DNA of 64,000 bases from Glycera tridactyla (GCA_965644265.1 OZ286477.1:33356001-33420000), one strand, 5' to 3'. Shown: positions 1-48,734, numbered from the stretch's first letter. The notes: a model not told the origin generated them from the letters alone. Made by a program: numbers and translations.

Positions 1-1241
1 ATGATGAACATAATTTTACCTACTTTTGAACGATTTGTTGAGACATTTAATGACGTTTTGACCACTGCACAAGCAGTCTTGATCACATGATGGATCAATG
101 GCTATGTTTCACTGCCTGGGTTGTACGAGGTTGTAGACTGGTGGAAGGTGATATCAACTTAGCACCACGTGATCGAGACTGCCTGTGCAGTTGTTGCAAC
201 GTTGTGAATCGTTCCATAGTAGGTGAAATTACATATGTCATGGATTGTCTTGGAACCGAGAACAATATATTTGCACAATAAATAGCATGTCTTGCAATGT
301 CGTAAGGGGCCCTTTCACTCATAAGTGAGAGCACTTGCGTAAGTGCTCAATTGAGAGCACTTATATCCCATTTTGAGTGCAGCTACGCCCTCATTGAAAT
401 GGCTCCCCGATGTGTTGACTGTTGCTGTGACTTAGAGATAGGTCGGACAATGTCATGGTGGGGGCCCCGAGAATGAGATAGACAGGAATATCCCTGGATT
501 ATAGGGCCCTGATTATTACATAATCAAGGCAATAGATTTCATTTGAATACAGTGAAACCTGTGATGAGAGACCGCCATAAATGACGAAACATTGAGAAAA
601 TATATATACTGAATTGATTGACCGTTGGAATGATGATTACACGCAGGTGGTTGGTGCCATGTTGGAGATCCAGATTTAAATCCATGAGAAATCAGATGAT
701 TGCTCAGAATATTATATGTATATTCCGATTATATTTCTGCTCTTTATGATAATTTTATGGCAGAATTTGTTGAGATTATTGACTAAAACCGAATTATTTT
801 GCGTACATTTCAGACGCCGTGGGAGGACCGTGGAGATCACAAGGTGCTTTATTTCATCCAAACATATTTCTAGATCTCTATTAACACTTGTCCACACCCT
901 TTCTAGTGGCTTCTTGTTTTAACACTTGACTATGATCATCTTGTATTTTTAACACTTATATCATTCCATCTTTAGATTCCTCATCTGCTCCTTGTGGTGA
1001 TAGCTCATGACCTCATTTATTTTGTGCCAAATAGTAAGGATTGTAATTTTACGTTGATGAATTCAGCGAAGATCTCATTGATGAGTGTGTTATCCTCAGG
1101 CCTGGCTTACTAATGGAGTTAGGATTCCAAGTTTTAGGATTCATCATATATCCATCATAAGTTTGAGAATCCGTCTCTGTTTTTCCTAAATTCCTAAAGT
1201 ATGATCAGTGTTTCTTACTATAGAATCACAAGTTTGTCTTA

Positions 1242-1416
1242 CAGTAAAACCTGTCTATAGTGAAAAGTCACGGGCCAGATTTTTCTCTCCACTGTAGACA
1301 GGATTTCAATATATACAGGTCAATCATAGTGGGAAAAAACCTTTGGGCCAGATTTTTCTTTCCACTGTGGACAGGATTTCACTGTGGACAGGATTACACT
1401 ATAGCAGGTTTTACTG
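1242..1416. mobile_element. Tc1/mariner (pogo/Tigger-type) MITE
   Basis: TIR cagtaaaacctg / caggttttactg, TA on both sides. Confidence 0.8.
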
Positions 1417-3873
1417 TATCTCTTTTGTCATAACTTTTGACACTGGTCAGGTCTCCATGTTGCTACCTGTGAGTAGCCGATGGCCTCCAAATTTACCCTC
1501 TGGCTACCATATTTGCAAAGTTAGGAACCAGCTGACCCAGAAATTTGGAGAGGTTGTAATTGAGCATACCTGGACCAACCAGCCTCTAATTATATTTTGG
1601 CCGACACAGGGGCCTGCTGGTGATATGCTTTCCTTGGTGTCAAAAATGATGATATGGATTCAGATAGATTTATTTTGATTCTTAAACATTCCAAATGTGT
1701 ATTCTTAAGTTTAGAGAGAATAATCAGGCAAAAATATGATGACCTTGTTCCGATTCATGCTGACATTGATAAATTCTTAGTTTGCCACTTTTTGGACGAT
1801 TTCCTAATTTGAACTTTGGATCAGGAAGTTATGACTGAGGTTAGATGTGACAGACATAGGATAGTAAGCCAGGACCCTAGTTTCATTTAGATGTGTGGAG
1901 ATAATCTCTAGCTTCACATGTTGTGAAAATAACAGATTGGGAAGCTCGCTGGTCCTTGTGAGCGCTCGGTGAGCGCATGTGTAGTCCGATCATGCCTTGT
2001 TATTGATTATTGTGTTTTAAATTTCCACCAGAGGTGCTTGTCTCTTTCTCTTGTTGGTGTGACATCTAGTGTGTAAAGTGTCAATCTTGCGCTGTTGGTG
2101 TGACATCTGGTGACTAAGTTGTGAATCATCTTGTGACCTTCTTACTTTCTCTCAGCTTCTCAAGATTATTGTGTATTCTGGCACAAATGTGGTTAACTTA
2201 AGTCAGAATTTAGTGAACATTTGTTCAAATCTTTCTGGATAATTGGACAACCATTCTAGTAATACTGATTATATTGAGATTGTTGATGATAAAGTGAGAG
2301 TCTGTGCTAAATGACATTGGAATGGTCTCAGAAAATGATCGGCTTCATTGGAAGTACTTACAGTGATGCCAGATTTCTGAATTTGTCGGTAAGATTTAAG
2401 AAAATCATATCAATACAAGAAGACATTTGAAACTCATACATCAAAAAAAGATTGATCGTTCCATATTTTGCTTTTAAATCTGTCTTTGCGTTCTATTTTC
2501 TCATCCTGGTTTGTCTCATTTTCATTCTTGGTGTCTAATTGATTGATTGATTGATTGTTCGATTAATTTTCTTGATTGTTTGTTTGCTTTCCTCATTGAT
2601 TCATTGAATGATCTATCGAATGATTGATTGATTGATAGATGACTTGATTAACATTTCAGCGTCAGGTTCAGGTCTTGATACTCTTGCTTGGTGGCCCATT
2701 TCAGAGATCTCCCAGTGATGTTTTCAATATTTCAGCATGAATGTCCGTTCCACTGAAAAATGGGTGAAAACTTGCTTGTGAATTAGTGACTCGGAGCTGG
2801 GGTCCGTTTTGCTAAGAGTGTAGGTGCCCTCTAAATAGTGTTTGAAACCATGGTCATTAGGAGTACCTATGCCATATCAAGGGCAACCACCTATATATTT
2901 AGTGAAACAAGTCCCGAATATGGTGCTTGTGAAAGAGAAACCTCTCAAATCGAAAGCGTTGACTACATCCATAGATGCATTTTGTTTTTAGTGAAATGTT
3001 CTCTGGAGCTAATTTTAGCTACTAATCCACTAATTGTGTCAACGTGACCTAGATAGAGGAATGTGTGAGTAGTTGATTGAGTAGAGTTTACCTTCCCTGC
3101 GTAACAACCTTAGGGTTATATGTCGGTGATTAAACACGGATGAATGCTCTTCTGTTCTGATTGAATCATCTAATGAATCAGTGTTATAAATTTTCCATAA
3201 AATTTCTTGAATTTCAGAAATTTTATGGAAAATTATAATTCAAAGTTGCTGCAATCTTGCTTGATTTCTGAGGATTTAAAGGATAGGAGGATTTTCCTCA
3301 AGAAATGTTATATTCCACAGGATAATATGATTTTCTTAGTATCACGGTGTTCATGGGGTAAAATCAAACTTGTCTATGAGGACCCTCCTCAATCACATCA
3401 AAAAGTGCCTTTATAGACAAGTGGTGTTTGTGGAGAGGTTGTTTACTGTAGAAAATACGGCCATCACAGCTCGGGTGGCCTTTGTAGGCAGGTGGCCTTT
3501 GTATGGAGGTGGTCTCTTGAGAAGGGCGGACTGTATAGGTGGGGATTGATTGAACAAATAAACAGCATTATTTGATTATTTTAGGTGATAGCTTTAAGTC
3601 ATATTTATCCCAGACATATTCTTGACCATCTACAATCTGTTGCTGTCAGTATATATCGAGACAATTGGATTAGTTCCAGCGAAAAATCATCTTGACATAT
3701 GGTGGTTGTTTTTGTCCGGTGTTTGCTCGCATAATTGATTGACATCCACAAATTTGCATTCATGATTGAATTACTTATTCGGGCGTTGAACCAAGAGAAT
3801 AAATCATAGGATTACGTTGGTTTGAGTCGGTGGTATTGAGTGAGGAATGATGGTGGTTTCCTTCTTCAATATA

Positions 3874-4055
3874 CAGTCGAACCTCTCTATAAAGATAGCC
3901 TTTGGTTGCATAAAAAAGTGGCCTTTATAGGGAGGTGGTCTTTATGGAAAGGTGATTTACTGTCGAAAATACTACCACGGCCGCACGCAGCTCAGGGTGG
4001 GCTTCAAAGAGAGGTTGTGGTTATAGACAGGTGGTCTTTAGAGGTGATTCGACTG
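3874..4055. mobile_element. Tc1/mariner-type MITE
   Basis: cagtcgaa / ttcgactg TIR, TA TSD, internal GGTGGTCT repeats. Confidence 0.75.
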
Positions 4056-4640
4056 TAGGTAATTTTGATAAAAGATAAGACAAATTTTCTATCACAATTC
4101 CTGTCATTTCCTGTGTATTTGGAGCTACAGTTGGGTCATTTGGGATTTTAGATCATGAAAATAGGGCCAGAATTAGTGGAGATAGAGCAGACTTTGTATG
4201 GGCTTACAGTGGCCATTATGACTTAGTTATGAGGTCCTTTGGTCTGCAAAATCTTGGTGGGGAGTACCTCTGATCATATTTTCAGGGTTTTTTTTGGGTT
4301 GTCAGCCAATGACATCCCTGATGATGTCAGGTGGGGGTCTCAGGGGGTCGTCTCGTATGGTTCTCAGGCAGGCTTTATTCAGCACACAGCTCAGTGTACT
4401 GAAGATAAATCAAATTCATATTTAACCAATGTTCAAGTGCACCTGCTCATCTTGGTGTTGGAGACTCTACCCCTCACTGGACCTTGTTTTTCTGCTGCTG
4501 GTATATCACCCAACAAAATGCCATTGTTATCGAAATCTTATCTCTTACTAGGGAATGAAAGTGAGGAAGTCCCAAGATACCGTGGTGAGGCCGGTATATT
4601 TAGAGTCATAACTATAAGATAGACGTCAAATATTTTTCAG

Positions 4641-39014
<34,374 letters not shown>

Positions 39015-39179
39015 TGATGATGTCAAATGTTCAGACTTCCAACTTATAGTCACCATAGATTCAATAGTAACGAGTGACTGACTGACACCGAATCTTACAC
39101 ATGCCCACACTTACACTCTCGCTTATAAAAAGAAACCTGATAATAAACCTGAATAATCTCCCCAAAACCATCCATCAGT

Positions 39180-39385
39180 TTGTCCATGTTGAGTAGGTAG
39201 AGGTGTGTCCGAACCATCAGCTAGCTTCTCTTGACAACCTTTCATGTTCTCCATCATCTTGTGTTCAGGTTTTGTTAGAGTGATCCCTGCAGGGGACAGA
39301 ACATCTAGCTTTCATTGACCAGGAATACACAGCATACATAATCTTTTGGGTCGATACATGCCGTTGAACATCAATCGATGAATCC
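39180..39385 (+). mobile_element. SINE-like dispersed repeat (copy at 46215-46425)
   Basis: about 200 bp of clear similarity between copies; 3' gccgttaaacctcaaataaacaaac tail typical of SINE ends. Confidence 0.5.
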
Positions 39386-41727
39386 GTTCTTATTCATTGA
39401 CCTTGAAATTATTCATTGACCTTGAAATTAACCTCTTGTCCTCTTTCCATTTTAATGTGGCATTGTTGCATCTGGGAGTGGGCCAAGTGACACATATATT
39501 TGATCTTTGGCTCCTTTTCAAGATGATGGTGGACCAAATTCCCCCTTATTCTTCGAGGATTCTACTAGTCTTTCAAATATATTGGTCCAGAAATGGAGGT
39601 CAACCTCTACTTGTTGATCTGAAGGGCCAATTTGTCCCTATTTCGAAATTTCTAGATGCATCTCTGTAGTGGTTTAAAGTTTTGTGACTTCACCTGACTT
39701 TACAATTACATTCCATGGCATGCCTGTTCAAGCTTGAGCATTTCTCAATTCCCTTGGTGGTATACAATCATGAAAGGATACATAACTGCATGGGTTAAGC
39801 AGTTCACTCTCATCATAACTGCCTATGATCAACATTACTACCAAGTATCCGTTCACACCCGGGTAGAGTGTGGAGTCCAGATGTTCTGCTCAGTTACCTT
39901 CACACAGGAGTGTCTCTTGACAGACAAGCTGAGAAGATTAATGCAATGGTACATGTCTGGTGAACAATCATCCTGGTCACCCATTTAAGTAAGAGCCTTA
40001 TTCGCTGTTGCATAACAGCATGGTATATTGGAGAACACAGAGTAGATGCAACTGTCTTGTCTCAGTGGTTGACATAACTATTGAGGCCCATATTTCTCAT
40101 CAAAACAGGTCATGCCACCTCACGAATACATACTCATTTTTTCATAAGATACATCTCATAATTTTGAAATTTCTCTTAGATGTGGTTTCAGAGTGTCAAC
40201 TTTTTGATAGCACTATATTTTGGTATAGACAGGGAATTCATAGTATTTTGGAACTACTCTAGTACTTTTTGAGTCTTTTCATGCATATACCTCATAAAAT
40301 TCCATCATTGGCCTACCTTGATGATGTTTCATTCCTTAATGATAATACAGTTTTAATCTTATCGGATGGTATGTGTGGGTGCGTGTAGAGGTCGGTTTTA
40401 GGGTCACTCCATGCATGCTCTTCAATAGTCACTCTTGCTCCGGTCAAATGTTGTCAATTTTTTAATGGGACAGGGTGGGGACAATTTTGACGTCGAACCA
40501 TCTTGATGGTTTGTCNNNNNNNNNNNNNNNNNNNNNNNNNNNNNNNNNNNNNNNNNNNNNNNNNNNNNNNNNNNNNNNNNNNNNNNNNNNNNNNNNNNNN
40601 NNNNNNNNNNNNNNNNNNNNNNNNNNNNNNNNNNNNNNNNNNNNNNNNNNNNNNNNGTGTGTTTGCATGTGCAGGTGTGCGTAAAGATGGCTGCATGTTA
40701 AATGTGCGCATAGATGTGTGTGTGTGTGCATGCACCTGAGCGTGCGTATGCATACTGTTATGAAGACCTAGGTGTAAATAATATTCAAATATCTGCTCCG
40801 CCTCGATTCCATCTGCATACATATTCATGACCCAATCTCCGTACAAAACCGTGACCTTGCATATTCTCATTTGTTTGTGATGCTAATGTACGATCAATCG
40901 GTTCATGACCTTGTAATGGAAAAACGACCTCTGCAAGTAAAGAAAGGACTGGGATGTGATTCGCTAACAACTGAAAACCTGACCTGAGGAAGTTTTACGA
41001 GGAATTTGTGGACTTTATCTTCAATAATTTTGATTCGATTTTCATGATCTAACAGCCAGATAATCAGCAGAAAATGTTTTTTCTGTCATACATAAATTCC
41101 TGCATTTGTGAATAAAAACATGTGAATCCACGGAAGAATCACATCCCTGAGCAAGCATCTGAAAATGTGAGAGGTTGCGGAAACCATTCAGGCATATTCC
41201 CTGTGAAAGTTAATATTTGTTCAGTCAAGTGCATTGGCCCAACTTTAAACGTGGGAGATTTTGAAAACAAGTAGTTAACCTTTTCTTAATTGATATCATA
41301 TGCTATGAGTGGACATTTTCTAAATATTTTCTAGGTTCACTTTTCATATTGAGGTAATGAAACAACTTTAAATATATTGTGAAAATTTCTAGCTCTAGTC
41401 AAAGCCGTATTTATTGGTAATATAATGGTTGCAGCAACTTGAAATTTATCAGTTGATATTATGTTTGGTCACTTAGTAGCTGGGAATTCGTAGAATTCCT
41501 GCATTGATGTTAGATCAGAGATGGTTGATATGTAATTGAAATCTTCACCTCACACTTCTGAATTCAGAGTTGACATAATTGTCCCTGAATATCATGTCTT
41601 TCAACAAGTAATTCATCTCTAGTCCCATCATCAGTGACAAACCATGGATTCTCCCCTTCTTCATTCCAAATGTTGCAATAAAGATGTGATCGTACAAACT
41701 CGATGCAGAAAGTTTCGATATATGCTA

Positions 41728-41851
41728 CAGTGAAACCTGCGACAAGAGACCTCCCTGAATGTTACCAATAGATGTGATCTCTTCTTGGAGGTATATTTGA
41801 CAATATCCAAAAAGGAAAGCTGCCCCTAGGAAGCGGTTGCAGGTTCAACTG
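41728..41851. mobile_element. Tc1/mariner-type MITE, internally deleted
   Basis: cagtgaaacctgc / gcaggttcaactg, TA TSD. Confidence 0.7.
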
Positions 41852-44579
41852 TATTTATCGATGAATATCAACTGTCCTCGATGTGTTTCTCCGACCTTGG
41901 GATTTCACCTTGAAGTTCAGACATGTTCAGAATAGCGTAGATGTGATGTGTTGAGGAAATCATAAGTGACCCATCTACCTGAAACTTTCATTGGCTCACA
42001 ACCCCAAATCCTGGAAACATGATTTTGAGCCAAGAAACCCCAACAACTGCTAACTATAGCTACTAAAACTGCATATAAACTGTGTGCTCTATCTCCGCTG
42101 TCTCTGGTGCGATTTTCATGATCTAAAATCCAAGATATTCAGCATGAAGTGCTGCAATCATGATGAAAAAGCAGGAAATTTGTGGATCTGCGGAACAATC
42201 ACATCCCCGCCTGTGAGGTTTGAGGAGATAAAGACAGGGATGAGTTGCTGTGAGGCAAGCAAAATAGTGGGGAATGGGAAACAAACTTATAAATGACTGA
42301 AATCAATGAAATCAAATGTATGTGTTATCAAATTTGAGTTAATGCTAGTCCTTGATGAAATTGACATCAATCTGTTGATGTCGCTGTTGATTTTTTCCCA
42401 GCAATTCTTTTCTCAACTCTGTATGAAATCATGAGATGCTGTCAATTTGAACTGTGATCATTTCAAGTTTCCTGAAGTTGTTCATTGAATACCTCAGCAT
42501 GACGCACGAAACGCAAGAACATACCTCTTTCTATACCATATTCTACGTCTACCATTCAATGACCAGGAACTCACAGCTTACAAAATCGTTTGGGTTGATT
42601 TATCAGTGATGAAAGTTTTCAGATAATTATCTGAAATCAGATATTTGGCATCGAGAGCCCACATTTTCAGATATTTCGATCATAATGAAAATTTTAGGGC
42701 GAAGACTCTGTTAAACATCAACCAATCAACCAATACATAAGGTGAGGGCGCCGTGGAGCGGGGGTCAATACATACTGGGTATGTTCTTGCGGATGATGTC
42801 ATGTTTTCATTGTGCACGAATACATGCTATGAATGTTGGTGACTATGGGATGAACACGTTGAAATTTTGCACAGTGATGATTATCTTTTTATCTCAAAGA
42901 ACTGAGTCTCTTCTATAGAAGCATTGCATTTTCAATGAAATATCACTGCCATATATATTTTGTATCCGTTCTCAGAGAGAGCAAACACCACTCTTATTCC
43001 TTCCTTCAATTGTTGCTAGAATGTGTAACCAATGTTACCATGGCAACTAGTGGCGTTACCATGGCAACTAGTGACATCACTCTTCATTTTCGAGTCTGCC
43101 CTTCAGTATTTTGATATCTTTATTAAATTAAAAAACAATTGTTGCAGATAACTTTGGGAGTTAGTAGTCCACGAGGACTGCGCCATCTAATTTGTACAAT
43201 TTTGTATGCATAACTTATAAATGTATATGTTTGTATGTATGTAAGAATAGAACGCAAGTGTGTCGATTATAAGTGTATTTTTTGTATTATGTGTACATGT
43301 GTTATTAAAGAACTTCATTCATTTTGTACAAATTTTCATGCACGTATGCCAGCTGCCCCCGTTGGAAAGGGTGCCCGTGTGCAGTCTCATAGAATCCGTC
43401 GTTGAGATATGCTCAAAGGTGGACGCCAACAATTGCTGTGATTTCAGCCTCGAAAGAAAGAACAGCGCCATCTGGTGTCTGCCTTATTTTAGTTCAGGGA
43501 ATCAACACTAGTTGACAGCATGAAATTTCATGAAGCACAAGACCAGGCTTCCTGGCCCATTTTGTTTCAAATCATGTTTCAAGAAGATTCAAAGAAGCCA
43601 CATTGAATGATGTGCCAAATATTGGAGATTTTTTCACGATGACAAGCCTCTCAATCTTTCACCAAAATCACAGTGAGTCATCGAGTAACTTCTACTTCAA
43701 GTGAAGTTTGTGTTTGGGCAAGTGAATTACAATGCCTACCTGCCTGAATGGCTAGTTCATTTCAGCAATATTTGTATGCATTAAATAAATGAAGCCACAT
43801 TTAGTATTCGGGCAAGTTGATTTCAGCGAGCACTTGCCCAAAGGACAGGTGAGCTGAAAACCTTAGCTTTAAGCCCTGTGTAGCATACAGTACATGGTAT
43901 ATAGTCATTGGTACCGATTTTGCCCAAAAATTCTCAATTCTGAATTTTAGAAGTTGCAATAGTCTGGCTGTGAATTTCAGAACTGAACTTAGAATGTGTG
44001 GGGATAATTCAGTATATTCAACATAGTCAAACCAGTCTACAAAGGTCACTCTTGGTTGCATCGAAAGGTGGCTTTTGTAGCAAGGTTGTTAAATGTTGAA
44101 AATACAATTGCAGACACAGTTCAGGGCGGCCTTTGTAGGCAGATTCTCTTTGTATAGAGGTGGTCCCTCTAGCAGGCTCAACTGTTATAATGAAATAGTT
44201 TCACGCTGAAAATTCTCAAGGTCGAATGCATGATTTTAAGGATGTTTTTGTGCTTTCAAAGGAATGCCATACATTTTTGCTGCTGTGGGTGTTAGACAGC
44301 GTGATTCTAGACTGCTGTGATGAGAGGGAGGGTGTAGCATCCTGCGAAGGGGGGGTTGTGGAAGGTGAGGGCGCCGTGGAGCGGGGGTCAAGGTCGTGTG
44401 CGGCAGCTGGCGTACTGATGTAAAGTTTGCACATCTCATTACTCTCATTGTACAAATATTTTCATGTAGTCTCGATAGTGTAAATAAAACTATTATGATC
44501 ATGTCTTCAAACCGAGTTTGGTTTTTATTCTGCTGCATCACACATCGGCAAGATGCAGGGATGTGATTGGCACACAACC

Positions 44580-45172
44580 CAGGGCTGCCAAGTATTCCGC
44601 ATTTCCCGTAACCATTACGATTTTTGCGGCAAACTCCGCAAGTTCCGATTTCCCGTCGCTGGTTACGATTTTTACATCCGCCGGCTAAAAATCCCGTTAA
44701 ATCGTTGAAAACTGTGTAGAAATCCGGCTTTATTGCTCGAAAACACGTAATCTGAGGGCACCGCCATCTTGCGATGTTGTGGAGGTAGACTCGCGTGAGA
44801 CTTCGAGGTGATCCGATCGCAGTTCAGCGAATTAGCGAGAGATGGCGGGGTTTCATGAAAGATGCGAGTTTCGCAGCGCCACCCTTGTTGATAGCGGAAA
44901 TAATTGGAACTATAGTAATTCGTCAAATTTGCGATAGATGGCGGGGTTCCACGCAAATTGCGAATTTTACAGCGCCACACGTGGCGGCGGCGGTATTTAT
45001 CGGAACTATTAGACATAGGCCACTTTCCCACAGTATCATACAGTTTAATGTCATAATACCACTTCTATACATTGAAAAAGGTTACTGAAAATTGGTTACT
45101 GAAAATGGGCCCAGGTTACTGAAAATGAGGTCTCTTGGTACTGAAACTGATTTTCGAAGGTTGGCAGCCCTG
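44580..45172. mobile_element. CpG-rich hAT-like non-autonomous element, 6-bp TSD, nested in a CAGGGATG element
   Basis: TIR cagggctgccaa / ttggcagccctg; acaacc on both flanks. Confidence 0.82.
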
Positions 45173-45805
45173 ACAACCAAAACCCTGAAAATCTTATCGG
45201 AGGCGATTTTCCGAAAAAGATTTTGTGGACCAAGAAACCCAAACTGCTAACTTATTGCTACCAAAACTGCATATTAACTATTTGCTATATCTCCACTAAT
45301 TGTGGTCCGATTTTCATGATCTAAAATCCAAAATGACCAGCATAAGATGCTCCTTTCTGCCATATGCTTGGATTGATGCAATTGTGATATAAAACCGACA
45401 TTCATGGCACTGTTACATCAAAGATGCCTAATCCGGCTCATGAAAATGGGTCGATTTGGTTTGCTTCGAGAGATGTGATTGTTCCGCGGATTTCCATGTC
45501 TTTGCTCACAAACAGCAAGCCGTCTAAATCACAGCAGAGGGCATTCCCCACTGATTATTTTGACTTTTGGATCATAAAAATCAGACCAGTATTAGTGGAG
45601 AAAGATCACAATGTGTGTATGGAGTTCTAGTAGCCTTCAGACCCCAGTTGTTCAGGGTTTTTGATCGACGAAATCTTGGTAGCAGTGCTCCCAGTTTTCG
45701 GTGTTTTTGGTTGTGAACCAATCACATCCCTGCTTTAAGTTTGATGGCATGTATCAACCCAGATCATGTCTAACGTGAACATGATGAACCTGGAGAAGGA
45801 ATATC

Positions 45806-45988
45806 CAGTGGTGCCAATTTTCCGAAATTTTTTGGAAATCCAAAAATCGGGTGAAAATAATAATTTCCGAAATTGCTAAAATCTGGTTGGGAGTTTCAGA
45901 ACAGATACTTTTGATGATATGATGGGGGTAGTTTCAGGATATTTTCCTATATTTCCGAAAATTCAGCTTCATCCCATTGGCATCACTG
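45806..45988. mobile_element. hAT-like MITE, CAGTG(G/A)TG TIR, 6-bp TSD
   Basis: cagtggtgccaat / attggcatcactg; aatatc on both flanks. Confidence 0.78.
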
Positions 45989-46466
45989 AATATCTATATA
46001 ACTGGCTGGAAGCTGATACTCCAGCAATACCATGGTTCATACAACCAGACCATTGCCAAATTTGAGGACCTTATCAAGGCCCCAGGTATATGAATCCACT
46101 TTATATTGTAGTTGTTGAGATCTCTGGATGACACGTAAGTGTCAGCTTCCAGCCAGTTACTGAGTTAGATATGCCCTCATCAGGTTTATTAATTTAGATA
46201 TGCCATCATTAGATTCACTTTGTTCATGAAGAGTAGGTCGAGGTGTGTCTGAACTGTCAGCTACTTCCACTTGACAACCTTTCAGTTTACCCATAGATTT
46301 GTGATCAGGGTTTGTGAGAGTGATGTCTGCAGGGGAGAGAACATCTAGCTTTCATCAACCAGGAACGCGGCATACAAAACCCTCGTGTTAATACATGCCG
46401 TTAAACCTCAAATAAACAAACACAGGACCAACTGAAAAGTCATCTTCACAATGATTGTTGCTTGTC

Positions 46467-46472
46467 TTTATT
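46467..46472 (-). terminator. Candidate polyadenylation signal (AATAAA) for FASTKD3
   Basis: tttatt on + strand, preceded on the - strand by a U-rich tract; about 2.2 kb past the stop. Confidence 0.3.
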
Positions 46473-46679
46473 ACTCAAGAGCACATAAAACAAATAAATA
46501 ATGTACAAATTTATGCATCACAGACAAGCTGATGAGTAAATTATTTCTCTTGATAATATCGCCATTCATGGAATATCTATGCAGAAAAAATACTCACATA
46601 AAATTCTGCAAATATGCAACAGAATGCTGGAGAATGTTACAATCATTACTGGTAATGGTTTTTGAAATACATGTGTATA

Positions 46680-46828
46680 CAGTAAAACCTCTCTTGGGAG
46701 ACCACCCCAAATGCCTATCACAAGCGGTCTCTCAAAAGAGGTGGTTTCTCATTGGAGGTATACTTGACTATGTCAAATAGAAAAGCATTCTCTTAAAAGA
46801 GGGTGGTCTCTTAAAAGAGGTTTCACTG
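46680..46828. mobile_element. Tc1/mariner-type MITE
   Basis: cagtaaaacctct / agaggtttcactg, TA TSD. Confidence 0.75.
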
Positions 46829-47567
46829 TACTACATACAGCGGTGACCTGTAATGAGCAAGTGTTTTGTTTTGAACACTGCTCCATTTTTCCAATGAAAC
46901 ACCATTGAAATGTACAAAATTATCTGATTTCTTTGTGGATTTGAACCTCAGATTTCCAGCATGGCGTCAACCACCTAGCCTGTGAAGGAGCAAGCTGTCC
47001 TAATCTTGAAGGCTTCTCAATCTCAATTCTTGCAACACAATTCATCTCCCACAACAATTTTTTATGAACACAGGTGGTTCCATGAGGAGTAATGTGACTG
47101 TGCATATGCCAATATGATCACTAGTGATCACGCAAACCAACTTCTATCAGCTATGTAGCAATCATATGCATATGCATATCATTCATTGTACTTTATCATG
47201 GAATCAACAGCAGTCATGGAGAAAGCAAAATCAACAGGGATTCACTGATACCATGTTTTATTCGCTTGTTTGAAAGTTAATCAACTTATTTTTTCTTACA
47301 TTTATGAAACTATCCAGATTTGAAAAATTCTTTTGTTTCTCAAGACTCGTACCAATCTTTAAGCTAATGAGAACCATTACAATATTTTGCAGATTAATAA
47401 TAGAATAGAACCCAAAAATACGTTCATCAAATGTTTCTTTGATATTTCACCAGCTACCTTATAATTGCCCATTGGCGGTTCTTGACATCTTGGACGAATA
47501 ACCACCCTCCCCCTCTCAATTAGCAAGCACCCCGGGTGTTAATTAGAGAGAATATGGTACTGTTGTA

Positions 47568-48014
47568 CACCGTTTGGAAATCTGCGCGATTTGCAAATTG
47601 CGTACTCAATTCGGAAATAATTCAAATTGCTTAAGCCGTTAGGAAATGTACCATGTTTTCATGAATAAGAATAATCTTTATCCTAAATGAACGATAAAAG
47701 CTGACTTGAATTATTACATCAGTCAGTCTGTATCAAAGAGTTTCCAATTACTTCGAAAATTTGTACTTTTCATTTGTTGTTGAGTGAGCGTACTCAAGCA
47801 AACCAAGCAGAGGCGACTGTCTGCTTTCACACAAATAAATACTCAAAGAGCTAAGATTTTCACATTTGCACCATCTGGTACGATGTAACGGGAAAAGCAA
47901 GAGATTGTGGACTCAGTTACAAACTATGAACGATTAATTTCCAAATTGTGTACGCAATTTGATTATTTTCATATTGCATACGCAAATTGCCAATTTGCGC
48001 AAATTTCCAAACTG
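47568..48014. mobile_element. TA-flanked MITE with about 40-bp imperfect TIRs
   Basis: caccgtttggaaatctgcgc... versus ...gcgcaaatttccaaactg, TA on both sides. Confidence 0.55.
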
Positions 48015-48626
48015 TACAGACCTTCACTTCAGTAAAATATATTCCCCTACATGAAACCCATTTCAAAGCAATTCAAAGACTAGATGGAATCAATCCCATG
48101 AGCCAGTTATTATCACTGGGAATAAGACAGTGATTCATCTACACCTGCGTCCTGCGCCTCAGACTCATCTCATCCTGCCTGGATTCATTGTTGAGTCAAC
48201 CATCACTGTAGTTTGCTGGATCCAGTCTTTGTGCATGTGTGGAGAGTTAGTGACTGTCGCTACTGTCATAGGGGTGATTACTCCAAGCTACTATGGCTGG
48301 CAAGTGGATTTCATGGGAATGATAGGAGCCCCCAACCTCCCACCCAGGGCAGAGGATAGAGCCAAGTGTTACAACACGCTAGCTCAAGGTAGCAGGAACC
48401 CTCTCTCTATTCATAGTTAGTTTCACTCACACTTAGTATAGTGCTAGTAAAGTATGCCCAAATGGCACCCTTGCATGCACACACTATGGGATTCGCTTGC
48501 TTGATATGGCACAATGCTAAGGCAGGAGTGCGGGCGATGATATATGAGTAGTGTGTATCCCGCAGTCACGCGCTCTGTGAGCATCTCAGCATTTGTAGAT
48601 AAATCACAGGACACGGGTAGAGTTCA

Positions 48627-48734
48627 TTACGAAGTTTTGCACAACCGCTCCTGCAGTTTGTTCAACATCCGAGATAAATAGATTTGCCGCTGTCCATCCG
48701 TCGACTTTGACAACATGAATTCATTGTAGTGAAC
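48627..48734 (-). CDS. FASTKD3: FASTKD3 last coding exon (VHYNEFMLSKSTDGQRQIYLSRMLNKLQERLCKTS*)
   Basis: cttttattgcag acceptor, TAA stop; completes the RAP domain. Confidence 0.85.
   Translation of the reverse strand, partial: VHYNEFMLSKSTDGQRQIYLSRMLNKLQERLCKTS

Noticed and set aside
95-334. 79-aa - strand ORF
   Set aside because: No recognisable domain or partner exons.
1-4640. Upstream AGAP GTPase-domain exons
   Set aside because: No segment translates to Ras-like G-box or MIRO-like motifs; these exons are presumed to lie upstream of the window.
44216-44455. Ser/Pro/Thr-rich - strand ORF as a terminal exon of an unseen gene
   Set aside because: No supporting upstream exons or homology recognised.
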